64,000 bases of DNA from Elusimicrobiota bacterium. Its GTDB lineage: Bacteria; CG03; SLGR01; JAGXOG01. The notes under the pieces are model-generated. The model made no database searches and was not told where the DNA came from. It worked only from the letters and a program-made list of their open reading frames with translations. The DNA is taken from the NCBI GenBank assembly GCA_051745145.1, contig JBNJDT010000006.1, forward strand, positions 2,545-66,544, in the 5' to 3' direction. Numbering within the stretch: the stretch's first letter is position 1; the number at the start of each line of letters is the position of its first letter. Positions 38,707 through 49,195 of this stretch are shown one piece after another. The translations under genes and the position numbers were made by a program.

Positions 38707-39729
38707 CTAAATATTTTGATGTTCTTTTTTCAATGGTCTACTCATAAGATCACGCCAGGCTTTCTGCGCTGATTTTTCTTTATACAGAATTTGGTAAATA
38801 TTTTTACTTACCGGCATTTTAATATTATACTTTTTTGAAAGTTTGAAACAACTTTTCGCTGTTTTAAAACCTTCAACTGTAGTATTAACTTTATTCAAGG
38901 CTTCTTTTACGCTAACACCTTCTCCGATAAAATAACCAAATCTAAAGTTTCGGGAATGTTCTGAAAAACAGGTGACAATTAAATCGCCTATTCCGGACAA
39001 TCCGTTGAAAGTATGTTTCCGCGCCCCTAATACAGTACCCAGCCTGGTAATTTCCGCATTCCCCCTAGTAATTAATGCCGCGCGGGTATTATCTCCCATT
39101 TCCAATCCTTTTGTGATTCCCGAGCCAATAGCAATAACGTTTTTTAGGGCCCCTCCCAGTTCCACTCCTTTTATATCTTCGGAAGTATACACTCTAAAAT
39201 ATATATTGGAAAACAATTTCTGTACTTTTTTTCTTGAAGTTTTATCAACTGAGCCAGCCACTACAGTTGTGGGAGTTTTATTAACCACTTCTTCAGCATG
39301 ACTGGGCCCTGAAAGAACTGTAATATGAAATTTTTTACCCAGGTACTTTCTTAAAATTTGTGAGGGACGCTGGAGTGAATCAGGGTCAAAGCCCTTTACC
39401 GTACTTATAATTTTATGAGGGAGTTTATCTTTCACTTTACCTAATTGAATGGCAACCTCGTTTACAGCCCCCGAAGGCACCGAAACTACAATAAAATCTT
39501 TATTTTCAACCGCTTTGATTAAATTATTGGTAATATTAACTCTTTGGGGAATAGAAAAATCCCCTAAAGATATAAACTGTCTTTTCTTTTTTAAATTTTT
39601 AGCTTGTACACTGTCAAATTCCCAAAGATCTACTCTGTGTTTATTATCGTTTAATACATTGGCAAGCGTAATACCCCAGCTCCCCGCACCGAGCACAGCT
39701 ATTTTATACTGATTCTTTTTCTTCACCAT
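38707..39729 (-). CDS. gpsA: NAD(P)H-dependent glycerol-3-phosphate dehydrogenase
   Basis: VLGAGSWG, SGPSHAEE, GGALKNVIA, GLSGIGDLIVTC. Confidence 0.96.
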   Translation of the reverse strand: MVKKKNQYKIAVLGAGSWGITLANVLNDNKHRVDLWEFDSVQAKNLKKKRQFISLGDFSIPQRVNITNNLIKAVENKDFIVVSVPSGAVNEVAIQLGKVKDKLPHKIISTVKGFDPDSLQRPSQILRKYLGKKFHITVLSGPSHAEEVVNKTPTTVVAGSVDKTSRKKVQKLFSNIYFRVYTSEDIKGVELGGALKNVIAIGSGITKGLEMGDNTRAALITRGNAEITRLGTVLGARKHTFNGLSGIGDLIVTCFSEHSRNFRFGYFIGEGVSVKEALNKVNTTVEGFKTAKSCFKLSKKYNIKMPVSKNIYQILYKEKSAQKAWRDLMSRPLKKEHQNI

Positions 39730-40315
39730 ACCATAATCTCCTTAAATTCTCTCTGTGGCTCCATATTATTAAAAATCCTAAGATAATAGCCAACCACAAA
39801 TATTCAGACTTTCCCAAAACATAAAGTAAAACAGGATAAGAAACAGAAGCCACCACCGATCCGAATGATACAAATTTAAAAACAGAAGTTAATAAAAAAG
39901 CAATAAATACTACAATAAGAGTTGGCACATAATCTATAACCAAAAATATTCCCAGGCTGGCCGCTACTCCCTTCCCCCCTTTAAAATTTAAAAAAGGCGT
40001 AAAATCATGACCTAAAACAACAGCTACAGCCACTATATTTACTAAATATGCAGGGAAACCCAGTTTAATTCCCAGATAAACAGGCACTGCACCTTTTAAC
40101 ATATCCAGTATTAAAACAACTAATCCGAATTTAATATTTAAGGCTCTTACTACATTTGTGGCACCGGGATTGCCGCTGCCTACAGTCCGTATATCTTTCC
40201 CGGAAAAAATTTTCGTAATAATAAAAGCAAACGGTATAGCTCCGACTATAAAACTTCCCAAAATAAATAAAATTACCTGCAATATATTTTCACTTACAAC
40301 AAAATAACTATTCAT
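39704..40315 (-). CDS. plsY: Glycerol-3-phosphate acyltransferase PlsY
   Basis: GAIPF, GSGNPGATNV, DMLKG, GHDF, GGKGVA, HRENLRRL. Confidence 0.96.
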   Translation of the reverse strand: MNSYFVVSENILQVILFILGSFIVGAIPFAFIITKIFSGKDIRTVGSGNPGATNVVRALNIKFGLVVLILDMLKGAVPVYLGIKLGFPAYLVNIVAVAVVLGHDFTPFLNFKGGKGVAASLGIFLVIDYVPTLIVVFIAFLLTSVFKFVSFGSVVASVSYPVLLYVLGKSEYLWLAIILGFLIIWSHRENLRRLWYGEEKESV

Positions 40316-40346
40316 TTACCTTTTATTAATTCCCTTCCTAAAAGTA

Positions 40347-41690
40347 TTACCTTACATTTCTGCCTATTACCACCCGGACCGGAACACCGTAAAAATCAAA
40401 CTCACTGCGAATAGAATTCTTTATATAATTTATCCAATGATCCGGTATCTTATCAATCCTGTGATGCCGGACTATAATTTTAAACAGCGGTGGGTTTTTG
40501 TCAACCTGATACAGGCCTTTAATTTCCGGGCGCATATTTGCAGCTTCCGGCGGGGGTCTTTTATTTACACACCGTCTTATTAGGGTATCTAAATTTTCTT
40601 GAGAAATTTCTTTTTTATAATTGACCATAATTTTTTCCAATTTCTCAAAAATAGTTATTATACCACGCCCTTCTTTAGCGGATATCATTATAAAGGGAGC
40701 AAAATCAATAAAGGGCATCTGATCGATTAAGCTTCTCTCAAAAGCCTCTTCGAGTCCTTCTTCATATATTATTCTATCACTTTTATTCCCCGCCAAGACA
40801 ACTGCGTTCCCCCCTTCTACTATCCAACCGGCAATTCTCTTGTCCTGCAGCGAAAGCTCTTTAGTAAGATCCAGCATCAAAATACAGGCATCTGCACGCT
40901 TTATTTCTCTTCTAGCTGTTATCATACTTACTATATCTTCTATCGGTTTTCCTCTTTTTTTTCTCCACAAACCTGCCAGATCAGTAATTTCCCATTCATA
41001 ATTAGGAGTCTTTAGGTATCCTTTTGCAGGATTACGGGTGGTCCCCGGATTGCTGTCAACAATTACTCTATTTTGTCCCATAAGTTGGTTCAGCAATGTA
41101 GACTTACCTACATTGGGACGCCCGGTTATGCATAATTTCAAAAAATCATTTTGCGATTTTTCTTTAGAAGAACCCGGTATAATAGTCTTTATTTTACTGC
41201 TAATTTCGTCAATATTTCTTTTGTGTTCTCCAGACGCTACAACCATATTATTAAATCCAAGACTATAAAATTCACTGGACTGAATATCTTTTCCGGGGGA
41301 ATCGGCTTTATTTACTACTAATAAGACCGGTTTTTGAGTTTTTCTCAATTTATCCGCTATCTGTTTATCTACCGGTGTTAAACCGGTTATTACATCAACT
41401 ACAAATAGTATCAAATCAGCTTCCTGTAATGCTACTTCAACTTGAAAATTAACCTTATTTTCTATACCCGCCTTTGTCTCCAGCATAATACCACCGGTAT
41501 CTATAAGAAGATAAGTACTTTTATTATCCGGTACAAAATAAGAATAAGTCCGGTCTCTTGTGAGACCCGGATTTGGGGAAGTAGGAGCTATGTTTTTTCT
41601 GAGTAAGGCATTAAAAAGAGTGGATTTACCTACATTTACCCGTCCTACAATAGCAATTGTCTTAATCACAGCAGCTTGCCCCCGGACCAA
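40347..41690 (-). CDS. der: Ribosome biogenesis GTPase Der (EngA)
   Basis: Two G domains (GRVNVGKST/DTGG/NKAD and GRPNVGKST/NKSD) plus KH-like domain; real start may be the GTG of VIKTI. Confidence 0.95.
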   Translation of the reverse strand: MVRGQAAVIKTIAIVGRVNVGKSTLFNALLRKNIAPTSPNPGLTRDRTYSYFVPDNKSTYLLIDTGGIMLETKAGIENKVNFQVEVALQEADLILFVVDVITGLTPVDKQIADKLRKTQKPVLLVVNKADSPGKDIQSSEFYSLGFNNMVVASGEHKRNIDEISSKIKTIIPGSSKEKSQNDFLKLCITGRPNVGKSTLLNQLMGQNRVIVDSNPGTTRNPAKGYLKTPNYEWEITDLAGLWRKKRGKPIEDIVSMITARREIKRADACILMLDLTKELSLQDKRIAGWIVEGGNAVVLAGNKSDRIIYEEGLEEAFERSLIDQMPFIDFAPFIMISAKEGRGIITIFEKLEKIMVNYKKEISQENLDTLIRRCVNKRPPPEAANMRPEIKGLYQVDKNPPLFKIIVRHHRIDKIPDHWINYIKNSIRSEFDFYGVPVRVVIGRNVR

Positions 41691-41739
41691 TAAATAATTA
41701 ATACTATGATTTCCTTACAATTAAAGAGCAATTTTATGG

Positions 41740-42996
41740 TCACTTTTCTATGTACTTTTCGTATTTTTCTACCAAATCATTTTCCATACTGGCTATTAAT
41801 ACAACATTATTGGCTTTATATTCTCGATGAGATACATGAGCGGTGTTGTAAACTGAATTTACTATATCCTGTCTTTTCTGAGGTATCTTTAAGGTAACTT
41901 TCGTATTTCTTTTATCTAGCTGCTCTTCCGTTATTTCTTTTAATAAATCTATTCCTTTATCTTCAAGAGCAGATATAAAAACAGATGGCGGGTCTCCTCT
42001 TTCTAAACGGGGGGTGCTATTTATACTTGAGCGATCTATCTTATTAAATACTCTTATAATCGGTATATTATCGGCTCCTAAATCTTTTAATACATTATCT
42101 ACTGTTTGAAGCCTATGTCGGTAATTTTCTGCCGAAATATCTATTACATGATATAATAAATCAGCATCTCTAGCTTCTTCAAGAGTTGCCATAAAAGCTT
42201 CAACAACTTTATGGGGAAGTTTTCTTATAAAACCCACGGTATCCGAAAGTAATAATTTGTACTTATTTGCCCTAAATTGACGTGTTGTTGTAGACAGAGT
42301 AGCGAATAATTTATCAGCTACTCCCACATTAGAGCCGGTTAAAGTATTCATTAAAGTTGATTTGCCGGAGTTTGTATATCCCACTAAAGATATTAAATTT
42401 TTAAAGGATTTTTTTCTCTTTTCTTCCCGGGACTTTCGTTTTTCCTTTATACCCTTAAGTTTCTTCCTTATTGTAGTAATTCTATCATTAATAATTCTAC
42501 GGTCGATTTCAATTTTCTTTTCTCCCGGACCACGCGTACCTATCCCTCCCCCTAATCTTGAAAAGTCGGTCCATATATTTTGAAGCCGGGGCAAGAAATA
42601 CTCCATCTGAGCAAGCTCAACCTGCAATTTAGCAACTTTAGTAGAAGCCCGCATAGCAAATATATCCAGAATTAATCTCACTCTGTCTATAACTTTAACT
42701 CCAAACTCTTTTTCTAAATTTCGTTCCTGGGTAGGTCTTAATTCTCCATCTATTATTACAGTATCTATAGAATTGGCATAAATATACTTTCTTATAGTTT
42801 CTACTTTACCTGTACCTATATAATACGCAGGGTGGGGTTTATCTCTCTTTTGTAAAAATTTTGCTTTTACCTTGGCACCTGCTGTTCGAGTTAATTGAAA
42901 AAGTTCAGACAGACTCTCTTCCCCTCTTACTTCAGAATCTCTGGTTTGTACTCCTATAAGAATTGCGATTTCACAGGGACTATTAGTGTTCAGCAC
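41740..42996 (-). CDS. hflX: GTPase HflX
   Basis: LQVELAQ, GTRGPGE, GYTNSGKST, LFATL, DTVGFI, NKID. Confidence 0.96.
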   Translation of the reverse strand: MLNTNSPCEIAILIGVQTRDSEVRGEESLSELFQLTRTAGAKVKAKFLQKRDKPHPAYYIGTGKVETIRKYIYANSIDTVIIDGELRPTQERNLEKEFGVKVIDRVRLILDIFAMRASTKVAKLQVELAQMEYFLPRLQNIWTDFSRLGGGIGTRGPGEKKIEIDRRIINDRITTIRKKLKGIKEKRKSREEKRKKSFKNLISLVGYTNSGKSTLMNTLTGSNVGVADKLFATLSTTTRQFRANKYKLLLSDTVGFIRKLPHKVVEAFMATLEEARDADLLYHVIDISAENYRHRLQTVDNVLKDLGADNIPIIRVFNKIDRSSINSTPRLERGDPPSVFISALEDKGIDLLKEITEEQLDKRNTKVTLKIPQKRQDIVNSVYNTAHVSHREYKANNVVLIASMENDLVEKYEKYIEK

Positions 42997-43472
42997 TGTA
43001 CCAAGTTATTGTATTTTTTATTATTAACTTTAATAAAATTAACAATTAAAACTCCGTTTTCTTTCGCACTTTTTTCATATATATAATTATTATCAATTCG
43101 CATTAATTTATTTTCCTTAGATTTATATTATTATTCTGTTAAGATAAAATTATAATAAATTTTAAACCAATCGCAAATAACTTCAATCCTGAAAAATTCT
43201 TTTTAAAAATTTATTATACTTTTGTAAGGTCGTAAAAATTAATCAGTAATTATCGGGTTTGTTTATGTCATTTGCTTTCCGGTACGGATCACATATTATT
43301 TTTATCTATTTTCCCATTCTATTAAACCTTGCCTCCGATTATGGACACCTTACACAAGTATACATTTTTAACTCTTTTTTCCTTTTTTAGTATATAATAG
43401 CTCAGGTTTCGTTATACCGGTAAGATTACCATTTTGCTTAAATTTATAATTATCATTTTTCTCTTACAATAT

Positions 43473-43501
43473 TTGAAAAAAAATTAAAAATTTGTTATAT
43501 G
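43473..43501 (+). promoter_or_regulatory. Putative sigma70 promoter for the ferredoxin operon
   Basis: TTGAAA 43473-43478, 17-nt spacer, TG-n-TATATG; AGGAGG SD before ATG 43553. Confidence 0.45.
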
Positions 43502-43552
43502 CTTTCTAGGGTTTAAGATTAAATATTTAATAAATACCAAAGGAGGCTTTTA

Positions 43553-43744
43553 ATGTCTGATGTCCCTCAACCAGTAATAGATGATGATTTGTGTACCGGT
43601 TGTACTATTTGTGTGGATGAATGTCCTACAGATGCTCTGGGTATGGAAAGTGATATAGCGGTTCTTGTGAATCCCGACGCCTGTACAGGATGCGGTATTT
43701 GTGAAGAATCCTGTCCTATGTCTGCCATAACCATGGAAGATTAA
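43553..43744 (+). CDS. 2x[4Fe-4S] ferredoxin
   Basis: CTGCTICVDECP and CTGCGICEESCP; strong SD. Confidence 0.95.
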   Translation: MSDVPQPVIDDDLCTGCTICVDECPTDALGMESDIAVLVNPDACTGCGICEESCPMSAITMED

Positions 43745-43770
43745 AACCTTAACCGACAATTAAATAGCTT

Positions 43771-45921
43771 ATGCCTAACTTAGCAGGAGCTTTTATCGGG
43801 GGGATGATAACTACCTTATTTATCTTATTATTTCGTGTAGTATATACTATATCTGGGATTCCTATGGTCCATATTCCAGTAGTATTTGCCCTGTTTTTTA
43901 TAGAACTTTTTGGTGGTTTTATACTATTTAAAAAATTTCATCCTTATTTTGACAAGTTAAGAATCTTTTATTTTGCTTCTACTGTTTACTCCATTTATAT
44001 TCCTCTATTCTTAGTACTGTTTATAATCGAAAAACCACTATTGGGGTTTACTTTTTATCACTCCCTTCCCGGGTATGCTGTATATTTTTTCCCTCTTTTC
44101 CTTATGCTTCCCCTCGCCTTGGCTGCGGGAGTAATTTTAAATTACATTATTAAACAAAATAATTACACTATCCTGTCATTCATTATTGGGAGTATATTTA
44201 TAGTACTGATTGATATAGTTTTTCTTCATTCTCTGCCCCTTCTCTATTTAGCCCTAACTGGATCAATATTAGGTTTTATTATGTTGTCTTTAAACTCTCC
44301 TGAAACAGCTCCCAAATATTTTTTCGGTTTTACGGCAATCTTATATTTATTTATAGTATTCAGTCCTATTACAAAAACCGTCCCCGACATAATTAATTCT
44401 TTTACTCGGGATCCTGATATTGAATTTATAGATTCGGTCATTACTCCGTACGGTGAATTAAATTTATTTAAGGAAGCTCAGGATTATTTTACTACAATTA
44501 ATCATACCAAATTATCGACTTATCCGGACACAAAAAATTCTCAGGAGTTCGTACATGCTACTTTACCGCATTATCCATGGGCTGAAAAAGTACTTGTAAT
44601 AGGTGGAAATAATACTATCATTTCAGAAATTTTAAAATATCCGGATATAAAAAGCATACACTGGACTTCGCCGGTCCCCGAGAATTTCAATCTAATCTCT
44701 AAAAATTTATCTTCCAGCCTTGAAGCCACAAAAACACTTCGCCTTCGATATATTAAGAATTCTGAGGCTCGTTTACTGATAAAGAAACTAAAAAACGAAA
44801 ATAGTTTTGATGTTGTATTCATTGCCCTTCCTGATCCCACTAATATTTTTTTTAATAGATTTTATACCCAGGAATTTTTTGAAAAACTAAAAACTACCAT
44901 GTCAAATAATTCTATAATTTCTCTTTCGCTGCAAACCAGTAAAACCAGTACAAAAATGTATACAAAAAAATTAGCTGGCTCTACCTTTAAAACTTTAAAA
45001 GAGAGTTTCCCCCATACCCTGGAGATGTATGATAAAAAAACTTATATTATAGCCTCTCATAATAGAACCTTTGCAACATCTTTTGCAGCTCTCTACCAAT
45101 TTTTAAACACACTGGACAATATGCCAGAATTTGTTACCCCTGCCTTTTTAAGATACATGTTAAGCACGCAAAAAGAGGCCAAAAAATTTCTACACTCAGA
45201 TACAGTTACTTTTAATACAGACCATACTCCGGCTTCTCTACAATATTCGTTTTCCCAATTTGTATTATTTTCAAACTTACTGCCAAATTCTTTAATTATA
45301 TATATGGAATATATGGATTTAGTTTATCTATATTTTTTTACTTTTATATTTATTTTTCTTTTATTTATTAAGAGTAAGAAAGATAAAAATATCATCTCCA
45401 GAATCGACAATATCTTAATTATGAAAACTTTTAATACAGGAGTATTCTTATATATTTTAATAATTATAACTCAAACTATATACGGTGAAATTTTTTCCCA
45501 TATTTCAATAATTACGGCCGGCTTATTAGCGGGCGCTATACTAAGTTTCTTCCTGTTAAAAAAACAGAAAAAATACCCGGCCTACTCGAAGCTAAAAATT
45601 TGTTCTTTAATTACAGGTGTGCTCTTAATTTTAATAACTATTTTATTTAAAACTCTTCTTTCTGATTTCGGCATAGTTACAATAATTCTAATATCTTTAA
45701 TTGGAGGAATTTTATCGGGCAGTAATTTTACTATTATAAACGAAATTTACAGAAATTCAGAACAACAAGTTACCCCCCAACACATTAGTTTTATTTTAAC
45801 GGGAAGTCTACTTCTTGCATGTCTTGCGGCAGTATTTATAATTCCATTTATTGATATAATTTGGGTACTAACGGCTCTAGGTATTATAAGTTTTAGCGAA
45901 ATTATTATTTTAAAAGCTTAA
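43771..45921 (+). CDS. Membrane protein with a central spermidine-synthase-like domain (fused MFS-like/SpeE family), degenerate
   Basis: TM bundles flank TPYGEL...QEFVH...KVLVIGG...ALPDP...NRFYTQEFF. Confidence 0.72.
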   Translation: MPNLAGAFIGGMITTLFILLFRVVYTISGIPMVHIPVVFALFFIELFGGFILFKKFHPYFDKLRIFYFASTVYSIYIPLFLVLFIIEKPLLGFTFYHSLPGYAVYFFPLFLMLPLALAAGVILNYIIKQNNYTILSFIIGSIFIVLIDIVFLHSLPLLYLALTGSILGFIMLSLNSPETAPKYFFGFTAILYLFIVFSPITKTVPDIINSFTRDPDIEFIDSVITPYGELNLFKEAQDYFTTINHTKLSTYPDTKNSQEFVHATLPHYPWAEKVLVIGGNNTIISEILKYPDIKSIHWTSPVPENFNLISKNLSSSLEATKTLRLRYIKNSEARLLIKKLKNENSFDVVFIALPDPTNIFFNRFYTQEFFEKLKTTMSNNSIISLSLQTSKTSTKMYTKKLAGSTFKTLKESFPHTLEMYDKKTYIIASHNRTFATSFAALYQFLNTLDNMPEFVTPAFLRYMLSTQKEAKKFLHSDTVTFNTDHTPASLQYSFSQFVLFSNLLPNSLIIYMEYMDLVYLYFFTFIFIFLLFIKSKKDKNIISRIDNILIMKTFNTGVFLYILIIITQTIYGEIFSHISIITAGLLAGAILSFFLLKKQKKYPAYSKLKICSLITGVLLILITILFKTLLSDFGIVTIILISLIGGILSGSNFTIINEIYRNSEQQVTPQHISFILTGSLLLACLAAVFIIPFIDIIWVLTALGIISFSEIIILKA

Positions 45922-46256
45922 TACTTTTCAATATTCTCTTTTATTAAATTAAACTTTTCCTTTAAATTTTCCGATGATAGACCTGCTTCTTCCCCTATAT
46001 CTGCCAAATTTTCTTCCTTCTTAAACCGCTCATATATTTCACCCGTTGTAAGATAAGTAGTTTTAGAAATAATTAAAAACTTTATAACTTCCTCTTCATT
46101 AAGTCCCTTATCTCTTAAATTTTCCACTTTTTCCGGGGGTAAATTAAAATTTGCCGCTATTACTCCGTTACGAGTTTCTAAATTTCTTTTAGGAACACTC
46201 TTGCAGCTTCCCAAAATTAAACACAATATTACAATAAGAAAATTAAATTTTTTCAT
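45918..46256 (-). CDS. Hypothetical lipoprotein
   Basis: Signal peptide with lipobox LGSC; AAGGA SD. Confidence 0.7.
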   Translation of the reverse strand: MKKFNFLIVILCLILGSCKSVPKRNLETRNGVIAANFNLPPEKVENLRDKGLNEEEVIKFLIISKTTYLTTGEIYERFKKEENLADIGEEAGLSSENLKEKFNLIKENIEKY

Positions 46257-46272
46257 ATTTTATCCTTTTTTA

Positions 46273-46821
46273 TTAATTCTCACTGAAAACTTCCGCCTGA
46301 AAGGTAAGTAACTCAGTATCATTATTTTTCCAAGCATTTTTGGGTAACCCTGCTTTATTCTGGCATAAACTGTTTAGAAATTTTTCTTTATCCCATCCGG
46401 TCTCGTCAGCCACCTGGGGTAAATATACTCCCTGCCTGATTCCTTTCTTTACTATAACCCCATCCCGGCCAAGTTTTATATCATCATGACTGCCTACTTT
46501 TTTAGGAACTGTTAAAACAGATATTTCTATTTCTATGCTATCAACTTCACCGGGTTGTACCGAAGAGAAACGATAATCCCTGGTAGATGCCTGTATAGCC
46601 ATATCCCGCACCGATTTATACAATTTGTCCTGGGGAAAAATTGTACCTATACAACCGCGAAGATTACCATTTTTACGAAGAGTGACAAAAACTCCCCTCT
46701 TTTCATTTAATACCTCATCCCTAACCTCAAACTCTTGCTTTTTACCCTTTTTCACATATGTTTTAATTGTATTTCTAGCTATATTTAATAATTTTTTTTT
46801 CTGTTCTTTTTTTAACCCCAA
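46273..46821 (-). CDS. amrA: AmmeMemoRadiSam system protein A (AMMECR1 domain)
   Basis: GVFVTL...LRGCIG, DYRF, EISVLT, GVYLPQV. Confidence 0.93.
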   Translation of the reverse strand: MGLKKEQKKKLLNIARNTIKTYVKKGKKQEFEVRDEVLNEKRGVFVTLRKNGNLRGCIGTIFPQDKLYKSVRDMAIQASTRDYRFSSVQPGEVDSIEIEISVLTVPKKVGSHDDIKLGRDGVIVKKGIRQGVYLPQVADETGWDKEKFLNSLCQNKAGLPKNAWKNNDTELLTFQAEVFSEN

Positions 46822-46850
46822 AAACTACTGTCTCCTTTCTTTTTTATAAA

Positions 46851-48761
46851 TTATCTGTGGTTATGCAAAATATCCAAGGGTATATTTTTTACCCATAAGT
46901 TTTTAAAATCTACATATATATTATTACCGATTATTACCCGGGTCCCTATCATATACCTTCCTAATCTATATCCTGACTCCCCCTCTATCTTAAAATCAAA
47001 CTTTATAGTTTTAGTGCCATCTTTTTTTATTACTTTAACATTATACTTTTCCTTTGACAAATTTATTCCGGCAAGATCCGGAAAATCCAGTTTTATATTT
47101 TTAAGATCGGTATCTTTTAAATTATTTAATTTAATTTGACCGGAATATTCTTTGTTATTTTCTATAGATCTGGGAACAATAATATTTACATCCACTTCCG
47201 GAGTATCCATAATCTTCGTAAAACTCCTTCCCGAGGCCAGCATCCACTCCATAGAAGAATAAGGTCCTTTTCTACCCCACATAGCCCGGCTAAAATCATT
47301 AATAAAAACGCCTGTGAGATTTTGAAATTTACCTTCTCTTATAGAATCAATCCCTTTTTCCAGTCTCCTGTTAAATTCTGATGGTCCCGAAGGATAAATA
47401 GTATACTGATGTAAGGGCCAGTCAATCTGATTTCCCATGACCAAATTTACCGGTTGAGCTTTAGTATAGTCCCTCCATCTTCTTATTAAATAATTATATC
47501 TGGGGGTGTCCGTCTCATACATCATTACCGCTATTAAATCCGCCCCTGCATCCTGAAACATGATCGGATCCTGACCGTGTTCATGTCCAAGTTCCCAGCT
47601 TAAAGTAAATGTCCACAGAGGTTTTTTAAAGTTTATATCTTTTTTTAAGCGGTTAATTATTTTTGAAATTCTATGGGCTCTCCACCAGTTCCATTTATCT
47701 ATTATTGAAATCTTTCTTCCTGTAGAACGAGTAACTATTTCCCCCAACCAGATCATTCGCTGTCTATTATCCATGTTATTCCACTCAACCGGCACATCTA
47801 TTTCCATAGCTTTTACAAAATCATTCACCAGTTCCAACCCACCGCCGGCGGGTCGGATATAATCTAAGCCTATATAATCTATATTTGAGTTTTCATTTAA
47901 TCTCCGGGCCATCTTTTTTATATCGTTATACCGGCGCCCGTCTAATATAGAAATACCGTCCGTCTTCTTTAATTTTTCCGAAGATCGGGAGTACTTATAA
48001 CTGTAATTATACCACTCCGGTTTTAATGAACTTATGCCAAAAGTTCTAAAACAAGTAATCCAGGCTCCAAAATCAACTCCTTCCTTTTGAGAAGCCGCAG
48101 CAAATTCTTTTAGATTAGAAATATTATCTTTTACCCACGGTAAATCTCTGTCAATATCCCCTTCCGAATATGAAGCTGTCTGCGCCGCCATATACCACAA
48201 AGTATTCCCCCCCACATAGTTTATCCAGTCAAATATTCCTTCATAATCTTTGGTTTCGCCGGCCGGGGTCGGAATATTAAATCGGTGAATATTTCCACTA
48301 CTTTCCAGGTTAAAAACTTTTAAAGGCTTCTCAAAACTAAATCGCGAAATTCTACTGGTAATATAAAATATATCTTCCGCAATTACCTCTTTCCCGTCTC
48401 CAAATAATTTAATATTATAGACTCCTGCTTTCGCTTTTCGAGGAACTGGAAATATACCTTTTAATTTTTTATTCTCTTCACTATAGGAAAACTTTACGCT
48501 ATCTTGCTCACCCACGGTAGTAATCTTTTTATCATTTTTATATATGACAGCTTCTTTAATAAAATCTTTTGCCATATCCGTGTTACCGGTAATTTCTAAA
48601 TTAATTATGTTATAGTGTAAATAAGCTAATTTATCAGTTCTTAAATTTAAGGCAGGTAAAAATAATAACTGTATAACTGAACCTATAAATACAATACATA
48701 AAATTATTATGTAATATTTCTTGGAAATGTCTTTTATTAAAGGTAAGTAATTAAATTTCAA
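46851..48761 (-). CDS. Membrane-anchored hypothetical protein with a probable glycoside-hydrolase-like TIM barrel and C-terminal Ig-like domain
   Basis: N-terminal TM; DYIGLDYIRP and ADLIAVMMY resemble GHL10/DUF187 motifs; beta-rich C-terminus. Confidence 0.45.
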   Translation of the reverse strand: MKFNYLPLIKDISKKYYIIILCIVFIGSVIQLLFLPALNLRTDKLAYLHYNIINLEITGNTDMAKDFIKEAVIYKNDKKITTVGEQDSVKFSYSEENKKLKGIFPVPRKAKAGVYNIKLFGDGKEVIAEDIFYITSRISRFSFEKPLKVFNLESSGNIHRFNIPTPAGETKDYEGIFDWINYVGGNTLWYMAAQTASYSEGDIDRDLPWVKDNISNLKEFAAASQKEGVDFGAWITCFRTFGISSLKPEWYNYSYKYSRSSEKLKKTDGISILDGRRYNDIKKMARRLNENSNIDYIGLDYIRPAGGGLELVNDFVKAMEIDVPVEWNNMDNRQRMIWLGEIVTRSTGRKISIIDKWNWWRAHRISKIINRLKKDINFKKPLWTFTLSWELGHEHGQDPIMFQDAGADLIAVMMYETDTPRYNYLIRRWRDYTKAQPVNLVMGNQIDWPLHQYTIYPSGPSEFNRRLEKGIDSIREGKFQNLTGVFINDFSRAMWGRKGPYSSMEWMLASGRSFTKIMDTPEVDVNIIVPRSIENNKEYSGQIKLNNLKDTDLKNIKLDFPDLAGINLSKEKYNVKVIKKDGTKTIKFDFKIEGESGYRLGRYMIGTRVIIGNNIYVDFKNLWVKNIPLDILHNHR

Positions 48762-49195
48762 CTTTCTACTATTAGCGTAACCGGACCGTCATTTACTAAT
48801 TCGACAGACATTTTTTTACCAAATATTCCCCACTTTACTTTACGGATATACTTATCATTTAACTCTTTTTTTAAAATATTAAAGTTCTTCTTTCCTTCCG
48901 AGAAACCCGCACTATTTTCAAAACTGGGGCGACGGCCTTTATCGCAATTTCCATAAAGAGTAAACTGAGGTACAATTAAAACTTCTTTAGCTTCAGCCTT
49001 TACGGAATAATTTAGTTTCCCCCTATCATCGGAAAATATTCTTAAATTCAAAATTTTATCCGCTATATATTCCGCATCCTTTCTACCATCCCCCTTTTTT
49101 ACGGCCACAAGAGCCATTAGACCGGGACCGATCTTAGAAATATATTCCCTGCTTTTTACCGACGCCCGGCTTACTCTCTGTATTACCGCTTTCAA
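48758..49195 (-). CDS. dtd: D-aminoacyl-tRNA deacylase
   Basis: MKAVIQRV, PQFTL, GRRPSF, LVNDGPVT. Confidence 0.96.
   Translation of the reverse strand: MKAVIQRVSRASVKSREYISKIGPGLMALVAVKKGDGRKDAEYIADKILNLRIFSDDRGKLNYSVKAEAKEVLIVPQFTLYGNCDKGRRPSFENSAGFSEGKKNFNILKKELNDKYIRKVKWGIFGKKMSVELVNDGPVTLIVES

Noticed and set aside
42997-43549. hfq upstream of hflX, or another small gene in the 550-bp gap (including a MYTCVRCP* frame at 43365-43339)
   Set aside because: No open frame of plausible length or Sm-fold motif; the CxxC frame stops after 8 codons and lacks an SD
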